This document shows positions 17,427-27,192 of a stretch of DNA of 64,000 nt, piece after piece (position 1 is the first letter of the stretch; every line of letters begins with the position of its first letter). Below the pieces are notes generated by a model that was not told where the DNA came from, ran no database searches, and saw only the letters and a program-made list of their open reading frames with translations. The stretch is from NCBI GenBank assembly GCA_964626565.1, contig CAZVFX010000020.1, positions 6,152-70,151 of the forward strand, given 5' to 3'. The stretch comes from an uncultured Myxococcales bacterium. Its GTDB lineage: Bacteria; Myxococcota_A; UBA9042; CAIXZC01. A program made the translations under genes and the position numbers.

Positions 17427-19808
17427 CTATCTCAGCACCCAGGTTCTGGAGCCGTGCTTCACCTTGATACCAAAGCCGTTGAACCCGGGAAGGAGGTTCA
17501 CCAGGGGCGGCGATTTGCGCTGACCGGAGGCCTTGTCCAACGTTACCTTCCTCATGCCCAGGTCGTAGATGACCCGGTAGACCGCATCCCCCAGGTCAAC
17601 TTTGCGGGGGAACACCCGGTCGAGCCAGGACCGCACCCCGTCCGGCAGAGCAGGAGCAAGAAAGTCAGCTTCGGACAAGAGCTGCAAATCCGCCCCGCTC
17701 TCCACGCCCAGCTCCGACACCCGCTCCAGAACCCATTCATCGATGACCGGCACCGCCTTGTGGTCATCGGGCAGTTCGACCGGTTCCTCCAGGAACTCGG
17801 GTGCCAGGTTGCTCCTCCGCAGCCTCAAGTAGAGTACCAGTGCATCCAGCCGGTCCACTGTTTCCGCCAGGGCGCGGGGAAACAGCCTTCCCTCAACGAA
17901 GAGCCTGGCGATGGCTCCGCAGGCCAACTCTCCTTCCGGCATCTCCTCGCGTTTCTCCAACACCCTGCCTGCGTAGACTCGGTCCACCACTGCAAAAGCC
18001 TTGCCCCTGTCAACAATGACCCTTCCTACCGAGTCATCTCCCAGTCCCGCTTCCACGAGCCAGGTGAGGGGCATGGGCATGGCCACGCTGGCGATGAGGG
18101 AGGTCTTGCGGTGACCGACCCCGATTGCCCTCACCTCCAGGGCTGCCAGCGCGTCCACTTTGTCCTCGTTAACTGCGCTCTCCCGGGCCAGCATTATTTC
18201 CGTCCCACCGTTGGCCCAGGCCACCCCTTTCTTGCGACGCCGGGCAATATAGGCGCAACGGCTATCAGCACGCAGTGCGGCCATGGCCAGGGCCTTTCTG
18301 TCGGGAGACCTGTCCATGTTTCCGGCCCCCTTCAGGCCGAAAGCCTGACGCAACCGCTTCCGCGCGGAGCGAGCTTCCTGGAGCGAAAACCGTGAGAGTC
18401 CGTGACGGCCCGGCTGCCCTTCCCTGACGGCCCGGATCAAAGCGACCGCATCACATCCGCCCGCCTTGAGGTCGTCCTCCTTTTCGTCGCTGCCGGGACG
18501 GCCGGTAAACATGATGCGACCCACTGAAAGTGCGGCAGCCAGGTCCAATGCGTCATCCAGGCAGCCCAGCCCCTTTGCCTCCACCAGAAGATTGCCGAGG
18601 AAAGGGTCCAAAGGCAGGCTGAAAAGCGACCTGCCACGGTCGGTGACAACCCGGTCTTCCAGTGCCCCCAGCGCGGTGAGGTCTCCCACCGCGGAAGCCA
18701 CCGCGAAATCTGGAGGCGGGTCCAGGAATCTCAGCTCGTCAACCCGCACTCCGCATGAAGCAGAAGCAAGTACCAGGGGCACCAGCGATTCCCGGCGCAT
18801 CTCGGGCGGGGTGATTTCAGTGAGCCGGGCATCTTTGCTCCACAATCGGAAGCACACACCGGGCGCGGTCCGGCCCGCTCTCCCCGCGCGCTGCTCAGAG
18901 CTGTCGGCAGCAACCGGAACCAGGGTCAGGTAACCCCGTCCGTTGTGGTAGCGAGTGCGGCGCACCAACCCCGAATCCACCACCACCCCTACCCCGGGGA
19001 TTGTGATGGAGGTTTCCGCCACGTTGGTGGACAGAATCACCCGCCGCTTGGGGCCGGGTTGAAAAATGCGGCTCTGGTCCTTCAATGTCAGGCCGCCGTG
19101 TACCTGGAGCACTTCGAGATTCTTGAACGCGGCCAACGCCTGGGCGGCTTTGGCGATTTCTCCCTTGCCCGGCAGGAAAACGAGGAGGTCCCCCGGTATT
19201 TCAGACGACGCCCTCACCGCCGCGCGAATTCGGTCCTCCAACCCGCGCACTTCGGGCAGAAACGCCTCACCCGCCAGGTGGCGAGCAGCAACCGGGAACT
19301 GCCTGCCTTCCGCGGCCAGGTGCACACCTCCCAGATACCCGGCAACCCGGTCGCCGTCCAAAGTCGCGGACATCACGGCCAGCCGCCCATCGTACGAGTG
19401 TAAAAGCAGGGCCAGGATCAAGTCGACATCCAGCCGTCGCTCGTGGAATTCGTCCAGGATAACGGTGCCGAAGTCCAGCGTTCTGCCACCCGCCAGCCAC
19501 GCCAGCACAACGCCGGGCGTGGCGAACAGAATCTGCGTGTCTGCCGACGTCCGGTTGTCGTCTCTAACGCTGTAGCCGACCTTCCGGCCCAGCGGGACCC
19601 CTTCCAGTTCCGCCACCCGCGCGGCCAGCCCCCGGCAAGCAACCCGCCGCGGCTCCACCACCAACACCCGTCCGCCATCCACACACCAACGCGGCACCTG
19701 GGTGGATTTCCCCGACCCGGTAGGCGCGGTAATCACCACCGGCCCTGCACCGAGACACTGCAGCAATTCAGGCCGTAGCGGTTCTATCGGTAATTCAGAG
19801 CTAGTCAT
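17427..19808 (-). CDS. hrpB: ATP-dependent DEAH-box RNA helicase, HrpB family
   Basis: APTGSGKST, LDEFHER, MSATLD, STNVAETSITIPG, QRAGRAGR; start taken at ATG 19808. Confidence 0.9.
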   Translation of the reverse strand: MTSSELPIEPLRPELLQCLGAGPVVITAPTGSGKSTQVPRWCVDGGRVLVVEPRRVACRGLAARVAELEGVPLGRKVGYSVRDDNRTSADTQILFATPGVVLAWLAGGRTLDFGTVILDEFHERRLDVDLILALLLHSYDGRLAVMSATLDGDRVAGYLGGVHLAAEGRQFPVAARHLAGEAFLPEVRGLEDRIRAAVRASSEIPGDLLVFLPGKGEIAKAAQALAAFKNLEVLQVHGGLTLKDQSRIFQPGPKRRVILSTNVAETSITIPGVGVVVDSGLVRRTRYHNGRGYLTLVPVAADSSEQRAGRAGRTAPGVCFRLWSKDARLTEITPPEMRRESLVPLVLASASCGVRVDELRFLDPPPDFAVASAVGDLTALGALEDRVVTDRGRSLFSLPLDPFLGNLLVEAKGLGCLDDALDLAAALSVGRIMFTGRPGSDEKEDDLKAGGCDAVALIRAVREGQPGRHGLSRFSLQEARSARKRLRQAFGLKGAGNMDRSPDRKALAMAALRADSRCAYIARRRKKGVAWANGGTEIMLARESAVNEDKVDALAALEVRAIGVGHRKTSLIASVAMPMPLTWLVEAGLGDDSVGRVIVDRGKAFAVVDRVYAGRVLEKREEMPEGELACGAIARLFVEGRLFPRALAETVDRLDALVLYLRLRRSNLAPEFLEEPVELPDDHKAVPVIDEWVLERVSELGVESGADLQLLSEADFLAPALPDGVRSWLDRVFPRKVDLGDAVYRVIYDLGMRKVTLDKASGQRKSPPLVNLLPGFNGFGIKVKHGSRTWVLR

Positions 19809-21618
19809 ACTCCGGCACACAGTCGGCGAGGTTCTGCTTGATATCGATGATGTTGTACATCAACTCGAGGAGATCGTCCGGATCAAGGTCGCTGGCGTGA
19901 TAGTAGGACCCGCCGCCATCCTCGGCGATCTGCTTGTTGGTATGCGCTCCGTCGCCCTGGGACAGGTCAATGACGTGGGTAGTGACCATAATCGGATCGC
20001 CATGATAGTCGTCCAGTCGCCACGGTGTATCGGTGTTGTACGGCTCCGAGCCACCGGTGTAAGGGTGAGGATAACCTTTGCACACCCCGCCTTGGCAGGT
20101 GGCGCCGTCGAAGCAGTCGTCGTCGATGTCACACCCGAGGCCGTAGCGGAACCGCTTGGCCTGAATACGCGGATTAAAGAAGTCGGAAAGCTCTGTGGGC
20201 GGCTCCTCTACGCCGTCGGTAAACAGGAGGATCATGTTGGTTCTGCACGGACCGAAGGGGTCCTTGCATTTGCCGTCCTTGCAATAGTAGTTGCGGCTGC
20301 CGCAATCCTCGTCGGTTTCGCACGACTTGCCGTTGATGACTACCTGCTTGCGATACACTTCACCGGCGTAGAACATGGACCGGCCCAGTGGTGTGTTGCC
20401 CAGCGCTCTGAGTTCCGGGTCGGTGTGATACCAGCACACCTTCGCACCCGCGTCCGGGTCATTGGCGCAGAAACCGCCCGGACAATCGGGGTGACTGGTG
20501 CACGGCTCAGCGGTGGGCCCTACCGCCTCATCAAAATTGACCCACTTCTGAGCCAACCCGAAGTTGTCCTCGGCAAAGGTCTTGGGGAAAGGCACGCACA
20601 TGATTTCATGGAGATATTTCTCAAAGTAGCTATTCTCTCCAGTGACATGTGAACCGTCATCGCCGGTCATGTAGTTGGAGTCAGCGAAACCGAGCCCATA
20701 CCAGCCCCGCCCCATGGAGAACAGGTCGTTGCAAGAGGTCACCGGCGGGTGTTTGATGCGGTCCGCGAAGCGGGTCAGTACGAGGCTGAACGCCTTTAGT
20801 TGCTCCGACTGGAAGAACTTATTGAACACGTACTTAGACATCCCGAGTTTGGACTGCGGGCAGTTGGCATCTTCGCACTGTGGGAACGGCTGGGCCGAAC
20901 AGCCACCGGGGCAGATACAAGGCACGGTATCCAGGAAGCCCATGGACGCCATTGAGCCCGACGTGTCGAATATCACCAGGAGATTGTGGTCGATGAGTTC
21001 GCATTCATCCTCGAAGCAGCCCATACCGGGCGGACAAGGCGCAGTGATGTGACCCGAACCGTTGGGCAGGCACTGGACTTTCAGCCCGTTCTCACAGTGG
21101 TATTCACCCGGATTGCACAGAGTTTGGAGGCACTCACCACCCCAGCAGCCAAAACCCTCGGAACATGCAGTTTCGTCCCACGCTTCGCCGTCGTCCAGGC
21201 AGGCCGCGGCCAGCAGCGGATCCAGGCACTTCTTTTCGCCCGGAATGCAGAACGTGGTTACGCACATGTCCTCCTTGCACCATTGACCCTGAATTGGGCA
21301 GTCATCATCCACCATGCAGTAGAGGCATTGGCCTGAATCCTCGTCGCAATAGCCGGGCGGGCAGCCAAAGGGGCAGAGGCCCAGGTCGGGCTGAGAAATA
21401 TCCGGGATGGTCTCGGTCGCATCTCCGGGTTCAGGCACGTCGGCGGTTACCTCCGGGAGGGTCAAATCCGCGCCCACCTGGTCGCCTGAGACGGTCTCCA
21501 GGTCCCCGCCCGCGGTGGAGTCTGAAGTTGTGTCGCCGGCTGCGCCGCTGGTGCTGCAGGCCATAAGACAGAGCGCCAGGGACAACAGGCAGCCCGTTAC
21601 CATTCTCCAATCGGTCAT
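19801..21618 (-). CDS. Cys-rich VWA-domain lipoprotein (CglB-like architecture)
   Basis: Lipobox LMAC; acidic linker; Cys-rich repeats; MIDAS DTSGS, TPLG, FTDG. Confidence 0.78.
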   Translation of the reverse strand: MTDWRMVTGCLLSLALCLMACSTSGAAGDTTSDSTAGGDLETVSGDQVGADLTLPEVTADVPEPGDATETIPDISQPDLGLCPFGCPPGYCDEDSGQCLYCMVDDDCPIQGQWCKEDMCVTTFCIPGEKKCLDPLLAAACLDDGEAWDETACSEGFGCWGGECLQTLCNPGEYHCENGLKVQCLPNGSGHITAPCPPGMGCFEDECELIDHNLLVIFDTSGSMASMGFLDTVPCICPGGCSAQPFPQCEDANCPQSKLGMSKYVFNKFFQSEQLKAFSLVLTRFADRIKHPPVTSCNDLFSMGRGWYGLGFADSNYMTGDDGSHVTGENSYFEKYLHEIMCVPFPKTFAEDNFGLAQKWVNFDEAVGPTAEPCTSHPDCPGGFCANDPDAGAKVCWYHTDPELRALGNTPLGRSMFYAGEVYRKQVVINGKSCETDEDCGSRNYYCKDGKCKDPFGPCRTNMILLFTDGVEEPPTELSDFFNPRIQAKRFRYGLGCDIDDDCFDGATCQGGVCKGYPHPYTGGSEPYNTDTPWRLDDYHGDPIMVTTHVIDLSQGDGAHTNKQIAEDGGGSYYHASDLDPDDLLELMYNIIDIKQNLADCVPEYD

Positions 21619-21782
21619 CCCATCCTCCGAAATCAGGGTGGCCCTAGTATACAGAAAGTGTTGCGACCCACCAACATGCTTTCATTCTTGCAAAATCCCC
21701 CCAGTATTGCTTTACTAGTCTGCAGGACTCCGAATCCCGGCAACGGGCAGAGCCAAACATATAGGCCACGAGGTGAAAGAGA

Positions 21783-24700
21783 TTGTCCCCCACGGACAAA
21801 CATAGGACCCACGAGGAGTTGCTCAGGGAATTCCGGCGCCTGCGGGACCGCGTAGCGGAACTGGAGCACTCCGAATCCCGGGAATTGGCGGTGGTTCATC
21901 GTATCACCGAGATTTTTCTGTCTACGCCAGATGAAGCGATGTACGGCGAAGTTCTCGCCGTCATTCTTGAAGCTCTGGACAGCAAGCACGGAGTCTTCGG
22001 TTACGTCGATGAACAGGGAGATCTGGTTTGTCCGTCCATGACGCGAGAAGTTTGGACTCAATGCCAGGTAGGCGACAAGGACATCAGATTCCCTCGAGAG
22101 CAGTGGGGCGGAATCTGGGGCGAAGCTCTAAGGACGGGAAAAAGCGCTTACTCCAACGAACCCTTCGACGTGCCGGAGGGGCACGTCCCCATCGCCCGAA
22201 CCATTGACGCGCCCATCGTCCACGGCGGCAAGCCCATCGGCAATCTGATGGTCGCAAACAAGTCCATCGACTATGACGATGCAGATCTCGTGTTTCTTGA
22301 ACGCATTGCCGACCACATTGCGCCGGTTCTTTTCGCACGTTTGCAGCGGGAACAGCAAGCGGTCCGCAGGGAGCAGGCAGAAGCCGCAGTGCAGCAGAGT
22401 GAAGAGCGCTTTCAGGACCTGGTGGAAAACGTCTTCGACTGGGTCTGGGAGGTGGACGAGGACGGAAGATACACTTACGTCAGCCCGCTCATCAATGAGT
22501 TGCTGGGCTTGAAGCCCGAGGAAGTATTGGGCAAGACGCCCTTCGACCTGATGCCTCCCGGAGAAGCGGAGCGGTTGGCGGACACTTTCGCTCGCATGGT
22601 GGCCGAACAAAGACCGCTGGTCGCGCTGGAGAACATCAACATCCACAAGGATGGGAGACTCATCGTCCTCGAAACGAGCGGCGTACCCTTCTACGACTCA
22701 AAGGGCAAATTCAAAGGCTATCGCGGCGTTGACCGGGACGTCACGCAGCGCAAGAACATGGAAAACGAGTTGCGCCGTTCCCGGGAGAACCTCGAAGAGA
22801 TCGTTGAGGAGCGCACCGCGGACCTCCAAATGGTAATCAATCAACTCCGGCTGGAGGTGGACACCAGGGAGAAGGTCCAGTCCGAGCTTTCAGGATCCGA
22901 GGAAAAATTCCATTCGCTGTACCAGGTGATGGCCGAGAGTGTGTGCCTGCACGAAGTGATCTACAATACCGCGGGAAAAGCCATAGACTACCGCATTCTC
23001 GACGTCAATCCGAAATACGAAGAGATCACCGGGCTGACTGCCGAAAAGGCTGCCGGAACCCTGGCTTCGGAACTCTACGGCACGGGCGACCCGCCATATC
23101 TGGAGCTGTACGCAAAGGTAGCGGATTCCCGGGAGCCCACCTACTTCGAGACCTATTTTCCGCCCATGGACAAGCACTTCGGCATCTCGGTATCATCACC
23201 AGCCAAGGGGCAGTTCGCCACCATTTTCACCGACATCAGCCCCATCAAGAAGGCGATGCAGGCTCTGGAAGAGGGCGAAGCGCGTTTCAAAGCGATGTTC
23301 GAAAACATGAGTAACGCGGTGGCCACCTACGAGGCAGTCGACGATGGTGAAGATTTCGTTTTCTTAGGTTTCAACCGGTCAGCCGAGAAGATGGACGGTG
23401 TGCCTCGCAAGGACCTTTTAGGCAAGCGAGTGACCGAAGTGTTTCCCGGGGTGAAGGACCTCGGCCTGTTCGACGTCTTTCAACGGGTATGGCGAACCGG
23501 CAACAGTGAGAATCATCCGGTCTCATTTTACCAGGATAAGCGGCTGGAAGGCTGGCGGGAGAACTTCGTCTATAAACTGCCCAGCGGTGAGGTGGTTGCG
23601 ATCTATCAGGACGTCACCGACCGCAAGCGAGCCGAAATCGCACTGGCAGGAGAAAAGGAGCGCCTCGCGGTCACGTTGCGTTCCATCGGAGACGGGCTCA
23701 TAGCTACCGATACCACGGGCAACATCCTCCTGATCAACAGAGTCGCTGAGCAGCTAACCGGATGGGACCGGGAGGACGCGGTCGGACGGCAGTTGAGCGA
23801 AGTGTTCAGGATCGTCAACGAAAAGACCCGTCAACCGTGTAAAAGCCCGGTAGAGCAGGTACTTGAAACGGGCAATGTTGTGGGCCTTGAGAATCACACG
23901 ATACTCATCGCCAGGAATGGAGACGAGCGGGTCGTTGCCGACAGCGGCGCTCCGGTTCGGGATGAGAACAGTGAGATCATCGGCGTCGTTTTGGTGTTCA
24001 GGGACGTGACCGAACAGATCGCTCTGGAAGAAGATCTCCAGCGCATGCAGAAGCTGGAATCGGTGGGAGTGTTGGCAGGCGGCATCGCCCATGACTTCAA
24101 CAACCTGCTCACCGCGATTCTGGGTTACGTCAGCCTGGCCAAGCTTTCGGCCCGGCCGGGAGACCGCCAGCATGACCGACTGGAGCAGGCGGAGAAGGCT
24201 GCAATGAGGGCCCGTGACCTGACCCAACAACTACTCACTTTCGCTAAGGGTGGTGCGCCGGTGAAGAAGGCAGCCTCGCTGGCCGAACTCACCCAGGACG
24301 CGGCCAGCTTCGCGCTCACCGGCTCCAACGTCGGCTGCGAATTCGACCTGGCCCCGGACCTGTGGACCATTCAGATCGACCCCGGCCAGATAAGCCAGGT
24401 AGTCAACAACCTCATCATCAATGCCAACCAGGCCATGCCCGAGGGAGGTATTGTGGAGGTCGCGGCCCGGAATCTGACGGTGGAGTTGGGCCACACTTCT
24501 CCGCTGCCCGCCGGGCGGTATGTCCGGCTCACCGTCAAAGATCACGGAATCGGAATTCCGCCCGACCATATTCCCAACGTTTTCGACCCGTACTTCACCA
24601 CCAAACAGAAGGGTAGCGGTCTGGGATTGGCCGTCTGCTACTCCATCGTGAGAGCCCACGAGGGTCTGATCTTTGCTGACTCCAATTTGGGTGAAGGTAC

Positions 24701-25163
24701 GACCTTTGATGTTTACCTTCCCGCCGGTGAGGCCGACCAGTTGGGCATGGACCTGGACGAGGCCCTCCCCTTGCAAGGGAGCGGCCGTATCCTCGTCATG
24801 GATGATGAAGAAGCGATCCGCAGCCTGGCCCACAATATGCTGTCATTCCTCGGCTACAAGGCAGATTGCGTCGCAGACGGTAAGGAAGCGATCAGGCTGT
24901 TCCGTGAGGCGCACCGGGCGGGTACCAGCTACGCCGCGGTGATTCTCGACCTCACCGTGCCCGGGGGAACAGGCGGCGTCAAAACTCTTCGGACGCTGAA
25001 AACTATCGACCCACAAGTCAAGGCCATAGTCTCGAGTGGCTACTCCAACGACCCGGTGATGGCAGATTTCAAAGCACACGGCTTTCTCGCCGCGGTCCCC
25101 AAGCCGTACCGGGTGCGCGACCTCGGAGAGGCTGTCTACTCCATAGTCATGCTTGATAGTTGA
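21783..25163 (+). CDS. Cytoplasmic hybrid histidine kinase (GAF, 4 PAS, HisKA, HATPase, REC)
   Basis: GAGGTG RBS, TTG start; GAF LMVANK; PAS/PAC repeats; GGIAHDFNNLL H-box; PYFTTK, GSGLGL; receiver MDDE...LDLTVPG. Confidence 0.93.
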   Translation: MSPTDKHRTHEELLREFRRLRDRVAELEHSESRELAVVHRITEIFLSTPDEAMYGEVLAVILEALDSKHGVFGYVDEQGDLVCPSMTREVWTQCQVGDKDIRFPREQWGGIWGEALRTGKSAYSNEPFDVPEGHVPIARTIDAPIVHGGKPIGNLMVANKSIDYDDADLVFLERIADHIAPVLFARLQREQQAVRREQAEAAVQQSEERFQDLVENVFDWVWEVDEDGRYTYVSPLINELLGLKPEEVLGKTPFDLMPPGEAERLADTFARMVAEQRPLVALENINIHKDGRLIVLETSGVPFYDSKGKFKGYRGVDRDVTQRKNMENELRRSRENLEEIVEERTADLQMVINQLRLEVDTREKVQSELSGSEEKFHSLYQVMAESVCLHEVIYNTAGKAIDYRILDVNPKYEEITGLTAEKAAGTLASELYGTGDPPYLELYAKVADSREPTYFETYFPPMDKHFGISVSSPAKGQFATIFTDISPIKKAMQALEEGEARFKAMFENMSNAVATYEAVDDGEDFVFLGFNRSAEKMDGVPRKDLLGKRVTEVFPGVKDLGLFDVFQRVWRTGNSENHPVSFYQDKRLEGWRENFVYKLPSGEVVAIYQDVTDRKRAEIALAGEKERLAVTLRSIGDGLIATDTTGNILLINRVAEQLTGWDREDAVGRQLSEVFRIVNEKTRQPCKSPVEQVLETGNVVGLENHTILIARNGDERVVADSGAPVRDENSEIIGVVLVFRDVTEQIALEEDLQRMQKLESVGVLAGGIAHDFNNLLTAILGYVSLAKLSARPGDRQHDRLEQAEKAAMRARDLTQQLLTFAKGGAPVKKAASLAELTQDAASFALTGSNVGCEFDLAPDLWTIQIDPGQISQVVNNLIINANQAMPEGGIVEVAARNLTVELGHTSPLPAGRYVRLTVKDHGIGIPPDHIPNVFDPYFTTKQKGSGLGLAVCYSIVRAHEGLIFADSNLGEGTTFDVYLPAGEADQLGMDLDEALPLQGSGRILVMDDEEAIRSLAHNMLSFLGYKADCVADGKEAIRLFREAHRAGTSYAAVILDLTVPGGTGGVKTLRTLKTIDPQVKAIVSSGYSNDPVMADFKAHGFLAAVPKPYRVRDLGEAVYSIVMLDS

Positions 25164-25221
25164 CATGCTCCCGGAAAACCGTGAACCTTACTGATGGCAA
25201 ACAACGATTGGAGGTATTTTG

Positions 25222-25797
25222 ATGCGAATCTCGGCAACCCTGGCGGCAGTAACCCTGCTCGCCCTCACGCTCAACGGCTGTTTTCTGGAAGACGCGGTGG
25301 AAAAAGCCATCGAGGCCTCTGCCGGATGTACTGAGGATGACTTGGGCAAACTCAACGAACCGGCGCTCCCTAACTGCTCCAAGGCGGTGGCCTGCTGCAA
25401 GTTCATCAAAGGTGAATGCGGCGAAATCACCTTGTTCGACTTTCCGGAAGAGGTTGTCCAGGCTTGCGACGCCAACGAATTGGTACTTTCTGAGTTGATC
25501 GATGAGTATCAAGGCCTGACCGAAGGCGATTGCCCCAAATATCTCAACGACGATGCTTGCACCGAGGGGTTGGACAAGACCAAGGAGAACTACCGCGAGG
25601 TGGTGGACCTGGGCAAGGTGGACAAAGCTGCGGCCGGCGCTCCGAGTTGCAAGTTGATTATCGAGGAGACGGTGGTGCCGCTGAACGAAGGTCTGGGTAG
25701 CCAGGCGAAGTACCTCCCCACCGCGTGCGAAAACGTAGCCGGAGTGATATCCGAAGGCTATGACGACATAAGCGAAGAGACAGGCGACTCCCGCTAG
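25222..25797 (+). CDS. Small acidic Cys-rich lipoprotein, unknown function
   Basis: GGAGGT RBS 6 nt before ATG 25222; lipobox LNGC; ten further Cys. Confidence 0.75.
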   Translation: MRISATLAAVTLLALTLNGCFLEDAVEKAIEASAGCTEDDLGKLNEPALPNCSKAVACCKFIKGECGEITLFDFPEEVVQACDANELVLSELIDEYQGLTEGDCPKYLNDDACTEGLDKTKENYREVVDLGKVDKAAAGAPSCKLIIEETVVPLNEGLGSQAKYLPTACENVAGVISEGYDDISEETGDSR

Positions 25798-25968
25798 CTT
25801 CCGGATACCCCCCCAACACAACATCAAGTAGCCTGCGGCCGGCACGGGGCACCATATGGTGTGTCTGCCCCTTCAGCCATCGATTCGCGGATCTGCGCGT
25901 GGTTCCTCAGTTTGCGGAAAATGCACCCCTGAGGAGACCGTTCTACACCTCCGCAAACCGCTGATTTT

Positions 25969-25991
25969 GGGGCTTTTTAGGCCCCGTTTTT
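25969..25991 (+). terminator. Possible intrinsic terminator
   Basis: GGGGC-tttttag-GCCCC hairpin followed by GTTTTT. Confidence 0.4.
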
Positions 25992-26261
25992 CCACCGCCT
26001 TCACCCCGGCGACTGGCTCGCAAAGCGTGTCACTGTGCGGCCGGGGGACAATCGGACAGCTAACGGAGAAACTGTCGTTTGCGGTTATTGCACTGACTTC
26101 GTCTTCGCCTTCCTGAGAATAAGTGAGGCCCATAATCCAATAATATCAAGCTGTAATACGCAGGCCGATTTCGCAGCGTTGACAACCCCCGGACCTTCTG
26201 CAATGTTCCGGGCTGGAACTGGATGCAAACCGCATTCACAGCACAAAAGGGGGACTGGCGA

Positions 26262-26966
26262 ATGAGACGGAAGAAGGTAGTCATTGTGGAAGGCATCATC
26301 GGCGCGGGCAAGAGCGTCTTGACCCAGGAATTGGGCCAGGCGTTGGGCGAAAAGACGCTGGTGCTCATGGAGCCTGATGAGCAGGACGACTCCAACCCCT
26401 ACCTTTCCGACTTCTACTCCGACGCCCGCCGTTGGGCCTTCATCATGCAGGCTCACCTGCTCCAGGCCCGCTATCGTATGCACCTCCACGCCCAGTGGCA
26501 TGCAATGAGCAACAACGGTCATGCCATTCTCGACCGCAGTTACTTCGGCGACACCTGCTTTGCCCGACTCCAGGTGGCGCACGGCTCCATGTCCAAACGT
26601 GAGTTCGAGACCTACCAGAACCTCTATCACGCCATGACCGCAAGTGTGCTGCTTCCAAACGTCTGTGTGCGCCTCCTCGTGGGTCCGGAAATCGCCAACC
26701 AGCGCATCGGCCGCAGGATGGAAGACCGCGAAGGCCGCAAGTGCGAACAGGCCATCGACCTCCAGTACCTGCGAGACCTGGACCGGGAGATCTCCCATAT
26801 GACCGGCGTCTTGCGCCAGCTTGGCGTCACCGTCATCGACATGCCCTGGGACGTAGACCGGGAAACGGTTGAATCCCGCCGCAGCGCAGTGGAAAGCCTC
26901 GCTTCCCGCATTGATGAGCTGGAAGCTCCCGACTTCTTCCTGGATCTTCACCGTCGGACCATCTAA
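26262..26966 (+). CDS. Deoxynucleoside kinase family protein
   Basis: P-loop VEGIIGAGKS, EP...NPYLSDFYSDARRWAF, LDRSYFGD; start taken at ATG 26262. Confidence 0.9.
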   Translation: MRRKKVVIVEGIIGAGKSVLTQELGQALGEKTLVLMEPDEQDDSNPYLSDFYSDARRWAFIMQAHLLQARYRMHLHAQWHAMSNNGHAILDRSYFGDTCFARLQVAHGSMSKREFETYQNLYHAMTASVLLPNVCVRLLVGPEIANQRIGRRMEDREGRKCEQAIDLQYLRDLDREISHMTGVLRQLGVTVIDMPWDVDRETVESRRSAVESLASRIDELEAPDFFLDLHRRTI

Positions 26967-26986
26967 CCCGACTCTCTCCCACGGCC

Positions 26987-27124
26987 GTTCCTGCGCATCG
27001 CAGGCCCCTCGCTCGCTCTCGGGGTACTAAAGCTGTTCCTGTGCATCGCAGGCCCCTCGCTCGCTCTCGGGGTACCAAAGCTGTTCCTGTGCATCGCAGG
27101 CCCCTCGCTCGCTCTCGGGGTACT
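26987..27124. repeat. Intergenic 48-bp tandem repeat, about 2.9 copies, each with two hairpins
   Basis: Unit GTTCCTGYGCATCGCAGGCCCCTCGCTCGCTCTCGGGGTACYAAAGCT starting at 26987, 27035, 27083; no spacers. Confidence 0.95.
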
Positions 27125-27192
27125 GTTTTGTGTATCGCCCGATGCTGATGTATTGTGGATAGGTCTGCAACTCGACCGCGATTGGGCGCAAG

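Noticed and set aside
25904-25957. H-type pseudoknot or known riboswitch
   Set aside because: One loop would be 0 nt across a 7-8 bp stem and I cannot match any riboswitch consensus; kept only as low-interest alternative stems
26987-27124. CRISPR array
   Set aside because: Units abut with no unique spacers and no cas genes are present
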